Source: Macrostomum hystrix
Lineage: Eukaryota > Animalia > Platyhelminthes
Direction of reading: 5' to 3'
Assembly (NCBI GenBank): GCA_950097015.1
Contig: CATNEN010000033.1
Coordinates: forward strand, 1,240,001-1,304,000
Length of the DNA: 64,000 nucleotides
Below, in pieces: positions 31,083 to 44,663 of this stretch (position 1 is its first letter; every line of letters begins with the position of its first letter). The position numbers and the translations under genes were made by a program. Under the pieces are notes generated by a model that worked only from the letters and a program-made list of their open reading frames with translations, was not told the origin of the DNA and did no database searches.

Positions 31083-34000
31083 AAGTATGGGTTTTTAGTA
31101 AATAAAACAAAACGATGGTAGCGTAATTTGCATTTTATGGTAAGCATTTATTATATTCTAAAAAACAAGTCTAATGTATATATAAACTTAAGGAAGATAC
31201 AATTTGCTTATTATTTTAAACTCTGTCGTTCTGCGAATCAGTATCGCCTCCTGCCGTTTGAATTTCGAAGTCTTGCTAAGTTAGTCTGCTCTATACTTTC
31301 AATCAGAATTGCAAAAGCCTTAAGTTTGTCATATCCCATCGCCACGTTCATCTGCGATACCTTAATTTAGAAATAATCAGTTTCATTACCACGTTGCTTT
31401 CATCTTAAGATGGCTGGGTGTATTTAGTGTGTGTAGTATGTGGTCTGACTGTCATTCAAGTTTGTTCTATCTTTATCTATTGATGCAATATCTTCGTTTC
31501 TGTAGAATTATGTTCGAATCAAAATTTGGATTTATAAGAGACAGCCTACTCTTTCTCATTAAGTAATAATGACATTACTTAATGTTTAATGTTTAAAATG
31601 TGGAATAACATGGCTACATTTACAATTCACATTTACAATTCATAATTCACTTCATATATTAAATGTCAATCATAAAATATTTTCATTAGTCTGCAATGAG
31701 TTATGACAAATATTTATTTTTGTTATTTGAATTTACTTAATAGAATTAACAGTAATATTGGAGAAAAATATTTTTATTTCTTATAATTCTAATATTATGA
31801 GAACCATTTTTAATTCTAGGTCATAGCTAGGCCCTAATACCAAGGAAAAAACTTTTTTGGATTTCCTTACAAGTTAATAGTTTTCATATATAGATCAGAC
31901 ACACAGAGTTTCTAGATATAGCCCAATGATATTTGTCAGCTAGAAGAAATTCAGCTTAGATAGAAAATAGGCCTATAGATTATCTATAGTGTAATGTAGT
32001 GTAGTGTAGTGAAAATAGGCCTATAGTGTAATAAGTTAAGACTTAAGAGTGATAAAAAGTGAAGATAATAGTAAATAGGTAAATAAAGATATAAATTTAC
32101 AAACCTAGTAAATAAGTAACTACTAGCTAATTTATGAATATTGAACAATATCAGGTGTCTAGAACTTGGTAGTAAGATTTTTTCTTGGTATAACTGCATT
32201 CTGTCAACCATTTGATAAAGAATCTAAACCTGCAAGAACATTGCTTACATGCTCAAACAAGGCATACTATAGCCTACAAATGCTTATATTGTTTGATTTG
32301 CTCAAGTACAAAATAATTGTAGGGGGTAAGGTCTAGCCTTTTGCATGGATAGCTCCATATTCTGGATCATGTCCTTTACGCTGGAGATCTCCAGCGTAAA
32401 TCTGGTTTGGGATCGGAGGCTGGCATAAGTATAGGCCAAAATGTGCCTTGGCGTAAGTGCTTGGCGTAAGTACATGGCATAAATCAAGTGGCGTAAATGT
32501 TAGCACAAATGAGATCATTCACGATCAAATGTATCACTATAGAACATAACACATTTGCGTTAATTATGATGTTAAGGAGCAGCATTAAAACAAAGTTCAA
32601 TAAAATATTGCAGTTCGTATAAATGAGATAGCAGAATATCTATTGTAGGATAGCAAACGTTTTTTTAGCTTTAAGATGCTTACTTTGATACTTGATTCAG
32701 AATTTACAACTTGTGAGATTTTTAAACAGTTGCAACTTCTGAATTTAATTAATCACCGATTAACAAGAATTGTGAAGGACCTTTTTTGGGTGGCGTAAGT
32801 CAGAGGGACCTTTTTTTGGTTGGCGTAAGTCTGGCGTAAGTGCCAAAAAATGTTGGATTTTTCCTCCGGCGTAAGTCCAGCATGATCTGGACTATGGGGA
32901 TAGCTGAGCTCTCAAGTTTAAGTTCTTGCATGGGACTCTGAGAACATGCTCATTTTTCTGATAGTATACAGTGGTTAGTATGAATGTCACCATTGGCTTT
33001 AAATGCATGTACAAGTGGCACTATGGCTAGATGACAAGCTTGAATAATTTTTTTCACCATTCGCTTTGCTAGACTTCACTCTGCCCAGCATAGACTGCCT
33101 GTGCCAATGTGCATTGTAGATCTGATAGATCTAGTAGACATTACCACAGATAATTTCTCAGACATAGTGTAGCAGACCTCTCAGCTCTCTCTCTATTCGT
33201 TGGATTTGGGATTGGTGAGCTGAGTATTTGGGGTGGTAGTGTAAGTTATGAGGGTGAGAATAGGTATTTTCCATGCTGTTCGGGTTATACCTAAGGTAGC
33301 ACTAATGCCCGAGCGGCAAGACACTACCTACTAACAATGGGAGAGGAATCGACTGTTGCTGGCACGAGGGCTTAGGTCACTGATCTGGGGCACATAGTCC
33401 GTGGGCGTATCAGGATGGATTGAAGTTGCCTGGTGAACGTCTTTCGCACTCTTACTTTCCTTTATGGGGTCCGGGATTAGTACAGTCTCATTAGGAGGAT
33501 AAAGGCAGAGTTTTGGGACTTCAGGGGGGTATTTAGGGAACTTTAGGTGGACTTCGGATAGACTTCAGGTGGACTTTTAGACGGGATTTTAGGACGGTAT
33601 ATTGGGATTTCAAAGCGATCATATAATAGGGTGGATTTGGATAAAGAAGGCCGACGAGAGATCTTTGGGAGAGGATTGGGAAGGCAATCTTAACTGTTTT
33701 CCTCTTATTAGGAAAATAACTAAGGAACTCGGTCTATTAATAGCAAAACAGGGAAAGAGTAAGAAAGTGTAATCGCTTATATTTCGTAGAGCAAAACGTC
33801 GAGAACATATAGCAGGTCAAACAGGGGTAACAGGGTCAACAGGGTAAACAGAGTTAATCAGTGTAAACGGTGTGGTTGGGGATCGAGGTGAAGATCGCAT
33901 TATATTTTTCTCTGTATATATATAGCAAAATTGGGGTGAGTGCATGTTCCGCTTGAGTGCGCATACAACGAACAAAGAGCACCGCGTGAGGTTACGACAA

Positions 34001-34444
34001 ATATCTAGTGCGTGAGAAAAAGTGGCGGGAATTCAAAATGAAAGTGTCCTAATTACTCACTGCCTCAATAGTTTGATGATCTACCATAGAATCTATTGAG
34101 CAAGTTGCAGTGCCAACACTCAAGCCTGCTTTTGCTTTGTCAGCTGGTGGGGGTACCCAGTTTGGCAGAAATCTTGTTCAGTTGAAGCCTGCTCAGTCCA
34201 TGACTATGCAGATGCTTCCCAATGAGGTGACTAACCTTTGAAACTCAGGCATCGCATTCAATCATTGTTCTAATGGCAGCGACCTCAGTTGTTGTACTCG
34301 TAGGTGTACGTGTACTAGCCATAGACTGGCCGCTGTACTCCTCATTGTTCTTAAAATTTTTATTCAGCTCAACAGAGTTGATCAAAAATGGATAATATAT
34401 GGAATTCAGCCTATGCCATGTACATTAATTGGTCACATTTCCAG

Positions 34445-35189
34445 GAAGCCGAGCAGCTGCACGCAACCCAACGGCGCCTCGAGTCGCCATTCCTACTCTC
34501 CGGTCGGGTTGTTCCCGGCTTCCGGCGCGGCCGAGCGCTCGGCTGTCCAACGGCCAACATGCCCGCAGAGTCGCTGGTGCCAGGCGGTAGGCCGCCAGAG
34601 TTTGGCGTCTTCTGCGGCTGGGCGGCCCTAGTTGACGAGGGCAAGTCGGACACCGGCCAGGTGATTCGGACTGCAATCGAATCGCCGTACAATGCAGTGC
34701 TCAGCTGGGGCGTCAATCCGCAGTTTGGGCTGGACCGGCCGCTGTTTGAAGGTGCACCTTATGGGATTGGACTGCGAGGTGAGGCAGGCTTGTTGGCAAT
34801 GCAGTCAATGCTGCACTATCTTTAGGTCTCCTGTCCTGATCTTTAGGTCTGCTGTCCTGATCTTTAGGTCTGCTGTCCTGATCTTTAGGTCTGCTGTCCT
34901 GATCTTTAGGTCTGCTGTCCTGATCTTTAGGTCTGCTACAATTGAGAAGACACAGTCCTGATCTCTGTTATTTTATCTAAATCTACAGGGCGACCTCTAT
35001 GGCAGGCGTCTGCTTTGCCTGGCAACGCATCGGCTGCGCGACGAATGCAGCTTCCCCGGCGGCTTGGACGAGTTGCGCCGGGCTATCGAGCTGGATATGA
35101 CCACCGCTCGGCGCCTGCTGGCCGACAAGACGCCAGCCGAGGCTGCTGACCTGCTGAATAAACGGGCAGCTGCCACCGGCAAGCTTTGA
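34445..35189 (+). CDS. RFK: Riboflavin kinase; 2 exons; one +1 frameshift near 34750; start uncertain (acceptor at 34444 or upstream ATG 34388/34418)
   Basis: GRVVPGFRRGRALGCPTANMP (GxGRG..PTAN motif), SWGVNPQF, and after the frameshift EVHLMGLDCE. Donor GTGAGG at 34779, acceptor at 34988. Exon 2 (34989-35189) reads GDLYGRRL..RLRDECSF..LDELRRAIELDMTTARRLL. Confidence 0.9.
34822..34960. repeat. 21-bp minisatellite CTTTAGGTCTGCTGTCCTGAT in the RFK intron
   Basis: Period 21. Confidence 0.93.
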
Positions 35190-36892
35190 CTCCTTACTTT
35201 TTGTCTGACGATTTCTTTGTTTTTTTGTTGACATTAATTTTATAAACCAACCACTCCTTGGCATCCACCTCACTCCTCTTAAACCCCTAGGCACCCGTCC
35301 TACTGCCAGCCCCTCCCCACCCACCCCACTCCCTACCCCCTTGTCTCCTGGCCAATAATATTTATTCCGTGTTTTACTTAATCTCGCAATAAGGTAGTTA
35401 TAATTTTTCAACGAGTAAATTCCCAATCGGAGTATACTCCGTGTGCCACTCACAGCCTCTCTGTGATCTCTGTGTAGCTGTTGTCTCTCTGTATGGTTCC
35501 TAACTATCAATGCAAGCCATGCTTAGTATCTTAATCTCAAGCTGAATAAATAATTTTCAGATTTTTGTTAGTTTACATTCGAAGTGGACCCAGCAAAAAT
35601 CGCAGCGCACCAGTTAGCAGCTTCAACTGGCGTACATGGTTAGCATTTTTTTGTTTGTAGAGACCAGACAATCCTGAAGTTGTGAGTTCAGCTGCTGTGA
35701 GTTTAGCTATATACTCATTTATTTTAATAGCTCAGTTGATAGTAAAGTCAATAAAATAATAGTTTATTAGTTGTTTACATTAGCCATTATTTATCCTTGC
35801 GCACTTGACTGCACACATGAAGCGCCAGATTTGTTTCTTTAAAAAAGCTGAACTTTTTTTGCTCAAAGCTTCCCAGAACTCTCCGCTCTAGAACAATTTT
35901 TGTGCTCTCTCTCTGCACTGCACGAAACTTTTTTGAGAACCAATCGAAATAGAATTCACGTTGCAAATGAACAGCTGGATCTTGTGCTGCAGACTGTATT
36001 AAACAGTTGGTTGCTTTGCCTTCTCCGAGAGTTATTGAATTTTAATACATGGAACTGGTAGCTTTGCACTTCGACTAAGTGTTTGACTCAAACAAGAGTT
36101 TAAGAGTGTCAGAACTCCTTGAGTAAACGTATTCTTTAACAGTTGAAAGAAAGATTTTTATTCTTTAGGCATCAGTAGGAGTAAGTATATACCCACTGCC
36201 GATAGCTTCATGAAAGTCCACCATCTGAATAAAACTTCTCTCTTTACGATGAACTTACTTTTTAAGTCGTCCGAGTCAGCACCGTCGAGATATTCAACGA
36301 TTCTTGTCGAACAGCCTGGTGACAAGGACAACTAGCATTGATCTGTACTCTATGGCGAATCCCTATAATATTTCCGACAATGACTAGGTCGACATGGTTA
36401 CATGATGAAAATTTGCCTATATTTCGATGTTTCGTGATTCTGGAAGTTATGTCATCGGCTAGAGCGGACTGTTAAGCAAGAAATTGAATTTACCAGTCCA
36501 CAGTCTAATCAGCCATCTATATTTTCGCAAACTCAAAATTGCCTAAGACTGAGTTTTTAATGAAAAAAATCCCAAGGCAGGAAGTGTTTCACTTTATGCA
36601 ACTTCAGAAGAAATAACTGAAACAAAATTTAGTCCTTAAAATAATAATGGACTTTAGGATGAACAGTATATTATTGACTTAACATCGAAACTAAAAGTAC
36701 AAACTAGCACTTTGTTTTGCAATCGTCTGTCAGTCACCGGTTGCTGACTGAATGGCGAAATGCACTGTTACGGCAACTACCAAATATAATTAAAATACAA
36801 TTATCAGACGTAAACAAACAGCAAGGAATTGTGATAGCGAAATTACACGATTAATAATTGAGTTCAAACGGGACCAGAGAGGACACTGGATG

Positions 36893-37174
36893 TTAACTGG
36901 CTACCTGAAGCGCCTCCTGTATGAGTGTGATTGTGTCACCTTTGAGTAGAATGCGCCCGATGCGCTTGCGTCCGCGACTCTTCAGGTGGACCTCCTCGGC
37001 GTCGTCCATGACGATGTTCATGAACTCGTCGAAACCCAGGATGCGGCCCTCGATGCGCACATTCACCTGCTCGTAGAGCCACACCTGGACACGGGCCTGG
37101 CTCTGCAGGAAGCGGAAAATCAGAGAGATTGGCAGCACCTGCGTTTTCTGGACTCTCTGTTGACGATAAGCCAT
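36893..37174 (-). CDS. SNRPE: Small nuclear ribonucleoprotein E (Sm-E); intronless CDS, 93 aa
   Basis: [74 protein letters not shown] contains the Sm1 and Sm2 motifs typical of SmE. Confidence 0.96.
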   Translation of the reverse strand: MAYRQQRVQKTQVLPISLIFRFLQSQARVQVWLYEQVNVRIEGRILGFDEFMNIVMDDAEEVHLKSRGRKRIGRILLKGDTITLIQEALQVAS

Positions 37175-40100
37175 GTCAGTGGGAGTGCAAACCTAGCTGA
37201 AGCATTTGTAGAATGAGTTTAAGGATATAATATAACACCATGCAGTTGCTTTCTAATTCCAACTCAGTAAGCTAATAATACTAAAAATAATTACAAACAG
37301 GTACAAACAGACTTTCAATAGTTAATTTTTAATAACATAATTATAAAACAACAAATGAAAAATGACATTCATTTACTTGAATTTCTTCTAATTTGATACA
37401 CTTCTCTTTTTTACTGATAGAGGATGTTAAATTTATTTTTTAAATATACAAAAGTTTTAATACAAGGTTGTTGGCAATTAGTAATATAGCCAATTAGTAA
37501 AAATAGTAAAATAATATATTTTTGTTCAGTTATTAATAATAATTGATGCTCTGGGATGAAATAATGTATATAAAATAATGTTTAGTGGCATATCAAAACC
37601 CAAGGAATTGTTGTTGTAACTGATATAACAGATATTCAAATAAAGTAGATAAGTAACTATAGAGCCAGCTAACTTACTTTGTAAGTCACTAAGTTTGACA
37701 TTTTTATTACTATACAAAAAACTCCAAGATAGCTAGGTGACATAAGTGGAGTTTATGAAAAGTTTAGTCTAGATAACAATCTAGTTATCTATGGTTTCAA
37801 TAAGAATTTTACCTAAATTAAATTTGGAAACTCTAATAAAAAACTAAGCATATTTAAAATGGCATTAGGTATAAGAGTGTAACTTCGAAGTATATCAAGC
37901 AAAGGCAAAAATTCAACAAACCAGGTCTATCCTTTATATGCATAAAAACCAAAAAGCTGTGTAGCTCAATTCCCTGACTGTAAATTTAAGCCCCCAATGA
38001 ACTAAAAGGTAATTTTAAAAATGATATAGCAAAATTTTTCACTCTAAAATTTAATGAGCTTGACTATGTTAGACCATTTTTAGCCAAAAACATTAATATA
38101 TATTTTATACCAAATAGAAAAAAATTATAAAGGTCCATGGTAGTAGTTAGACAATATCTTGATCTTGGTTTTGAGATCTCAAAAAAGGTTAAGATTTAAT
38201 TTTTTCATTTTATATTTAGTCTAAAGTTGTATTTCGTCACTTAAGAAAACACAATTATTACTTTAGCATGTTTTTAACCTATAACAATGGATAAAAATGA
38301 AAAACAGAGAAAAAAGGATGCAGTCTGTTGAAATAGAGTCAAGGGCTTTGCTTTACTTATAAATGGTATTGCTTAACTATACAGCATAGGAACTGCCTAT
38401 GGGGCTATGGAAATTGCCAGTGCCATAGAAACTCATCAAGATGTGTTTGGATTTGGAATAATTCTGGTAATGTCCCAAAAATTTGGCAGAACTTGCATTT
38501 GGTGTGGGCCCAGGTGCCCTCCATCAAGTTTGTACGTACTATATATACTCTGGTCTGAATGAAGAGTGAAGAAGTCAAGTGTAACAAATTTTAAATCTGA
38601 ACCTGAATATATGACTTTTAAGACTTTTGACCACAGACACCCTGATTAGTGCCACATCAGTATTGCATTTTGTGACTCTTGCCATGTCATGATTTGCAAA
38701 CTCAAATTCATATGTTTTTGATGCATAAGTTCAAAATGTCTCAAAATAATTTAGCAAATGAAAGGGAGCAAATGCAAAATAGACTGCAGTGGATACTGGA
38801 TTAAAAGTTGAAATATATTAGAGGGTCCTAATTTAGTCATAGATAGGCCTATGGACAAAATGTTCTTTATCCCTATCTATACATATTCTAAATAGGCGGC
38901 ATAGGCCCTACCTACCATTTAAGGCCTAGGAGCCTATCTGCAATGACTTTAAGGGCCTTAAAATATTTAAATCTATCCAAAAAGGCCTATATTCATAGTA
39001 GCTTTATAATAGGCCTAGTATATTTTAATCAACTCACATAGTTGTTCTTCACTAAATAAAACAGTTACTAGGCTAGGCCTTATTTGGCTATTGTAAAAAA
39101 ACAGTCTAACATGTAATATGTAAAATCGCACAAATAAAATAGTAGCATTTTTGCAACACAAATGCTAGAGGTACATATATATAATGAATAAATTATGTCA
39201 TCGAAAATTTATACGCACAAAATTTTGGCATGTGATTTCTGATTTGCCACACCTCTATTCATAATTCACGCCTACATAAAGGACAAGACACTGGCAGCTA
39301 TGCCAATAACTTTGCAGCTTATTGGCATGGTGCTAGCTACCCATGCCTCTGTGTGGCATTATTTAAATCATAGGGGCCTAACTCATAAGTAACACCATTG
39401 TTCGTTAGAATAATTCAAGATTTAGGCATTTTATAGGCCTATCGGATTAGTGCTTTCAAGCATTAAAAAAGATATAACAACTAAAATTTTAAGTGACTGA
39501 GCTGAATGAAATCTTTTCATTTTGAATGAAATAAGTCGTCATTTAAGGATCTAGATGTGGTTTTGTTAAAGTAACTGAGTCAGAATAAGTTAGTCGTAGA
39601 CATACTGATCAAATCAAGACTAAATTTTTCCAACGACACCAACCATCCTTAACTTAGTTAAAATGCGTGGTTTTCGAACTTTATTGAATTTCGATAAATA
39701 ATTAATTTACAAGTTATGTATGTATGTAATGTATTTAATATATGATAATTGAGGAATAAATTTCTATAATTAGATTAGTGCGTGATCCAGATTGCCGCAA
39801 TATTCGAAATTAAATAAATTGCTTTTTTAAATTGGTCAAATTATTTCTTCCGGGTTGTAAACATCTAAACAATTAACAAAAGCGAAAATAAACTTAAAGG
39901 AGTACATTCTAACCAAAATGGGTGTTGCTTTTTAAGTATCGGACCTAAAATGAATCTGGATTTTTCGAATTTTAGTTGCGAATTAATTTTTTTAGATTGG
40001 ACTGCCATAAGTTCGAATACGTTTTATTATTCGAGGGCTGTCCGATGAAAGAAAGGACTAACGCTGCATTAAAAAACAAAACAACTTGTGCAAAACAAAA

Positions 40101-40870
40101 ACGCTGTTACTTTCGTCAGCCACTTGTCAAAGGCCTCAGTAATTTAACTGGCAGGGGCCGGTTCGTCCCCCCCTCCCGGGCAGGCAGTCTTCACCTGTTG
40201 TTCGGTGTCAAATCTGCAACCTGCGATGCTGGATTTGACTTTTGAGAGCAGCAAAAAGTCCGCCGGAGCCAAATCAGGCGAGTAGGGCATTCACAACCTG
40301 AATGCATGTCCTGACTAATTGGTCCTCGCTGACACATGCGGGCGTGCATTTTCCTGATGCAGGAACCTGCGGACTAATAATAGCCGGCAATCTGCACAAC
40401 TCCACAACTAGCCTGCATATGAAAAGTACCCTCGATTCTTACATAATGCATGTACAACTCATTGAATATTCTGTCAAGTAGTCTTACAGCATAAACAAAA
40501 GAGTGTAGAAGCGAGATTTGTGTCTCGGAGCGCCTGACACAAAACTATCCCTGGATAAATGTACGTTATGTAGTTTATGTACTTATGTGACCGTAATAAT
40601 TAAATGTATTATACTTGTAATGTAACTGTTAATTTAAGTCCTTTTATAAATGTAACTCCACTAATTCTTTATAAAAAAGTGTTTTCTGCTTTTGTGTAAT
40701 TTTGCCCGAAATTTTTTTTTTTAACTGGATACAAACCCATTCACAACGGGTCCAAAAACTTATAGTAACAGAATTATAGCTTACAATTCAGTACCGAACA
40801 GAAGTAAAAAACTACGGCTTTTAAGTAAACAAAAGAGCGCTGTCAGAGTTAGTTAAAATAAGGCGCAGCG

Positions 40871-42160
40871 TCAGTAAATCTCAGTATCCTCACGTCTGCG
40901 ATCGCGGCGAATGCGCCAGTGCTTGTGATCGCTGGAGCCGTCCATGGCCAGCACCATGCTGCCATCGATCAGATCCATTGTCTGCGTGAGCAGGTCACCC
41001 TCAACTTGAGTCAGCAGCTCACTCTCGGCGTTAAACTCCTGTTCGTCTGTCGACGAGTAGCCAACGTACTTCTAAAAATTCAAGAAACTGCCTTATTGGA
41101 CTGACTATCGGTGAAAAAAACAAGCGAAAAATTGAGACGCCGATCAGTAACTACAAAAATTCTAATTTAAATAACAAATCAATCAATCACCTTAAACTTG
41201 CGCCACAGCCGACGAGACATGGCCGAGTCCTCAGTGGCGATAGTCGAGTTGGCGTTGCAGAAGTCAGGCACGGTGTACAGGTCCCTGTCCTTGTTGCCCA
41301 GAGTCACATTGTAGTACTGGTAGTTGCCCATCAGGCTGCGGAAGCGCCTCTTCACCCGGTAGGCGCCCTTCACAGGCACACAGGAGCCGCTGGTGACCAC
41401 GGAGAACACCTCTGTGGTCAGAGCGCGACTGGCGTTGCGGTAGCCGTAGGCAGTCACTGCCAGGCTGTTGGAGCCGGCGCCGTACGAGTAGGGGTCGAAA
41501 CGCTTGAAGAAGTCTACGAGAATCGGCGAGGGATGAGCGAGTTCATGAGTTCCACAATTCATGATTCCGAGCTGAAATTTACCACTACACTGACCTGGAA
41601 TGCAGGGTCGGCTCATCGGCCTCTTCAATCTGAACGTCTTGCACTTGTCCTTGAAGATGAAGTAGGCCTTCTTGGCGTTGAAGTCGGCCACAGTTCGAGT
41701 CTCGTAGACCCTCTTGGTCTTCTTGCAGTAGAGCATAGATCTGACGCCGACCTTCTTGCCAGAGAAGTCCAGACCAACTTTGCTGTCAGACTGCGGGTAA
41801 AGCAAGAATGAACAGAATTTGAGGATTGCGTTTGAATCGGCATACCTTATCTGCTTGAGCACCAAATCTTGGGCATCAAGCAGTCTGCAGTCCGGTCGCT
41901 TTGACCAGCCTACGAGCGTACAACTTAGAATGCACAAAGCGAGCCACTCGAGACCGCAGGCTGCAACTCACAGCTCGCACTTTGGGCTTCAGGAAGCGCT
42001 TGCTGATGTGGAAGGCGCCCACGCGACCCTCCCACTGGGTCGGCAGGCAGCAGCCCTGGCCCAGCTCGCCCTTGTCGTCCGCGTACTCTCCCTGCCAGAA
42101 GAGGCTTTCCATGGCGCTGGCAGAGGCCAGCACGGCTAGCAGAAGCACCACGGTCTTCAT
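40871..42160 (-). CDS. EPDR: Ependymin-related protein, copy L (secreted/lysosomal), 4 exons
   Basis: Exons 42160-41981, 41790-41595, 41513-41191, 41071-40871. Signal peptide MKTVVLLLAVLASASA; ependymin motifs CCLPTQWEG, PCIP, GSCVPV, YTVPDFC; acidic/Arg-rich C-terminal exon ending ..RRDRRREDTEIY*. Family-level call; orthology to EPDR1 not established. Confidence 0.88.
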
Positions 42161-42230
42161 GTTTGCTTTCTTTGATTTCAGTATGCTTAGATGAGAAAAT
42201 AACAGAGGAGGAGGGTGAAGTGTTGTATTG

Positions 42231-42238
42231 CTTTTATA
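42231..42238 (-). promoter_or_regulatory. Putative TATA box of EPDR copy L
   Basis: TATAAAAG on the minus strand, about 70 bp upstream of the ATG at 42160. Confidence 0.5.
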
Positions 42239-44651
42239 GTTTCAGTTTGCTACCTTTCTGTGAAACGTTATCTTTCCAGGCAACTAGGCGCAGATCTTTG
42301 GTTGAGAAAATTGAACAGGTTACCACGAGGCTGAAGGCCTGGAGACGCGCAATCAAGCGCGTTGGTACAGACACGTAGACAGAGCGTGTTTCTGGTCCAT
42401 GCTGGTGTACAGCTAGTCACATGCATTCTGACTAATAATGCACATGGCAGTTCTGTCTTACTAAGAGAACACAAAGTCACAAAGGTCGAATTCGGTGCAG
42501 AAAATATATCTTGATGCTATTAGCATTCGCAACACTGTTGTCAACAAGATTGCGCTGGTCGCTAGGAGTCGATTAGATCGCTCGTTCGCGCGAGGCATTT
42601 TGTTACAAACAGATAGCTAATGTTATGTGAAGGTCGTCTCTGTTAACCTGGCTCTGCCGACTGTTTCAAAATTAAGAGCTGCATTATCGGGCCAAATAAA
42701 TCTAATTTTATTTAGTCGATGACAGCCTGCAATCGCTCATGTGCAAGCAGATTTTTACAGCCATATGAAGCAGCAAGACTGATACTAAGCAAGAAGCTCC
42801 AGCGACTGTGTGCATTTCGGCGAATTTTTCGAATAATTAGTTCATACTATCTAATCGGCCTATAACAAAAACATACTGTTGCAGTTTAGCTCAGCTTTAA
42901 ATAAAAAACAAACTGAAAGGCTCGCTAAAAATCGTTACTGTTTTTAGCCGTCACTGGCATGAGCAGGGGACTTGGACCGGTCCCTGCGCACCAGAGAGCA
43001 TGTGTCGCTGAATCTTGGAAAGGGACAGCTCTGGCGGTCGATGTTGGGCTGCTTTGCTTGGGCCAAGCAGGGCCAGGTACTTTTTGTACACAGGTGGTTG
43101 CAGAACTTTGAAAAAACGTTTCAACGGCTGCAGCGGCTGATGTTGGTCTTTACTCTTCAGGCAGCTGGATGCCACGGGCATGAAGGTGGAGTGGAGATCG
43201 ATGAGGCGGGAAGTGGAGGAGGAGAGACAGGAGCGATGGTATCGGTGAGAAGCCTGATTGGCTAGCCACGGATGACAATGGTGCCTTGGCGTGCAGATGG
43301 AGAGCTTGAGCCACAGATCAAAGGTGAACGTGTGGCGCAGGTTGTAACAGGGACCCAGCCAGATGGAATCCTGGTGTCGCCTCGAATACGGGATTTGCTT
43401 GTGGTGAATAGGGTGTCTGTGCGTCAGCTCGAGGATATGTTCGAATGAAATTTGTTATTAGTCAACGAATCATTACAAAATTAGAGGCCTTCCATAAATT
43501 GGGAATCCCTGACTAAAAAAGTGATATCATAGACTATAATACTTGTAGTCAGCCAAGCTTCAGAAAATGATTTCTTAAAAAACGAGTAGCAAAAAAAGGA
43601 GTAACAAATGTAGGTTTCGCAAACTGTTTCGCAACCAGCATACCGGCATAGGTCGCGAGAGAATTTTGCGTGTACCTGGAATAAATACATACACTCATCA
43701 GATACATAGTCAGGCTTCTCAAGTATCCACATCGAACAGATTTTTGGTAGTTACTTAACAGTTTATTTTTAATCTGCACATGTTGGTCAGAAACAACTCA
43801 TGACCAGTCAATAGTGAAAAAATAATGCATGCACAACTTCGCAAAGCCTTTGCTTTTGATTTTGATTTTTTTATCTAGTTTAAAAAAGCGCGTAAAATGA
43901 AAAACAAAAACAGAGTTTGAGACAAAGACTCGCCAACACCAGGCTTTGTCGCCCGGCGGGAATTTCCTACTGGACTATTTTCAGTGTCGCGTAAGCGTCA
44001 GACACAAAAACTAAATTGAACAATTAAACTAAAGGTTAAGAACAAGACAAAACGTCTTTTTGAGGCAATTTAAACTACACAGAGTGCCGATATGAAGTGA
44101 TTTTGATGTCTTAAATTATCATTATTGTTCACAACAGCTGATGAATCGGTATTCCTGGTAAGCTGGTAGATTGGTACAAGTGTTCAAGGCTGACCCAGGA
44201 CAGCGGGGCTGTTGTGTTCCGAGATGGACTAGCTGGCTTTGCCTCGCGTTCTTGACGAGCAGAAAGACTCAGCACTCCAGTCCTTCTACATTTTAATTCA
44301 CTTATGGATGGCGGCAGCGGTGGATGGCATCGAGAGACTGATACAGCCAATCATGCGAGCAGGGCGATGAGAGACTACTCAAAACAGGATTACAGCTGCT
44401 CAAAGCAGGTTGGACACGACAAATTAAAGGTCTCTCGCTACTGCAAGTAGTGGGCATGATTCAAAACAGGATGACATCGCCAACGGGACGGCAGGACTAA
44501 TCTAATCAAGCGCTTCTGCTGAGTAGGGCACTGGGCAGCTCAGTAAGTAATTTTTTAACTCGTATCTTTGACTCGCAGAGTAAAGGGCACCCTGCAGTTT
44601 TATTGTGCTGCAGATCAGGGTGCAGATTGCTACTTTTGATCTACTGATCCG

Positions 44652-44663
44652 TGTCACGTGACA
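44652..44663. promoter_or_regulatory. Palindromic E-box matching the CLEAR consensus (TGTCACGTGACA)
   Basis: Perfect 12-bp palindrome containing GTCACGTGAC in the spacer between the divergent EPDR genes. Confidence 0.35.

Noticed and set aside
32900-33900. Transposon coding region
   Set aside because: Purine/pyrimidine-skewed, but no recognisable open frame or motif.
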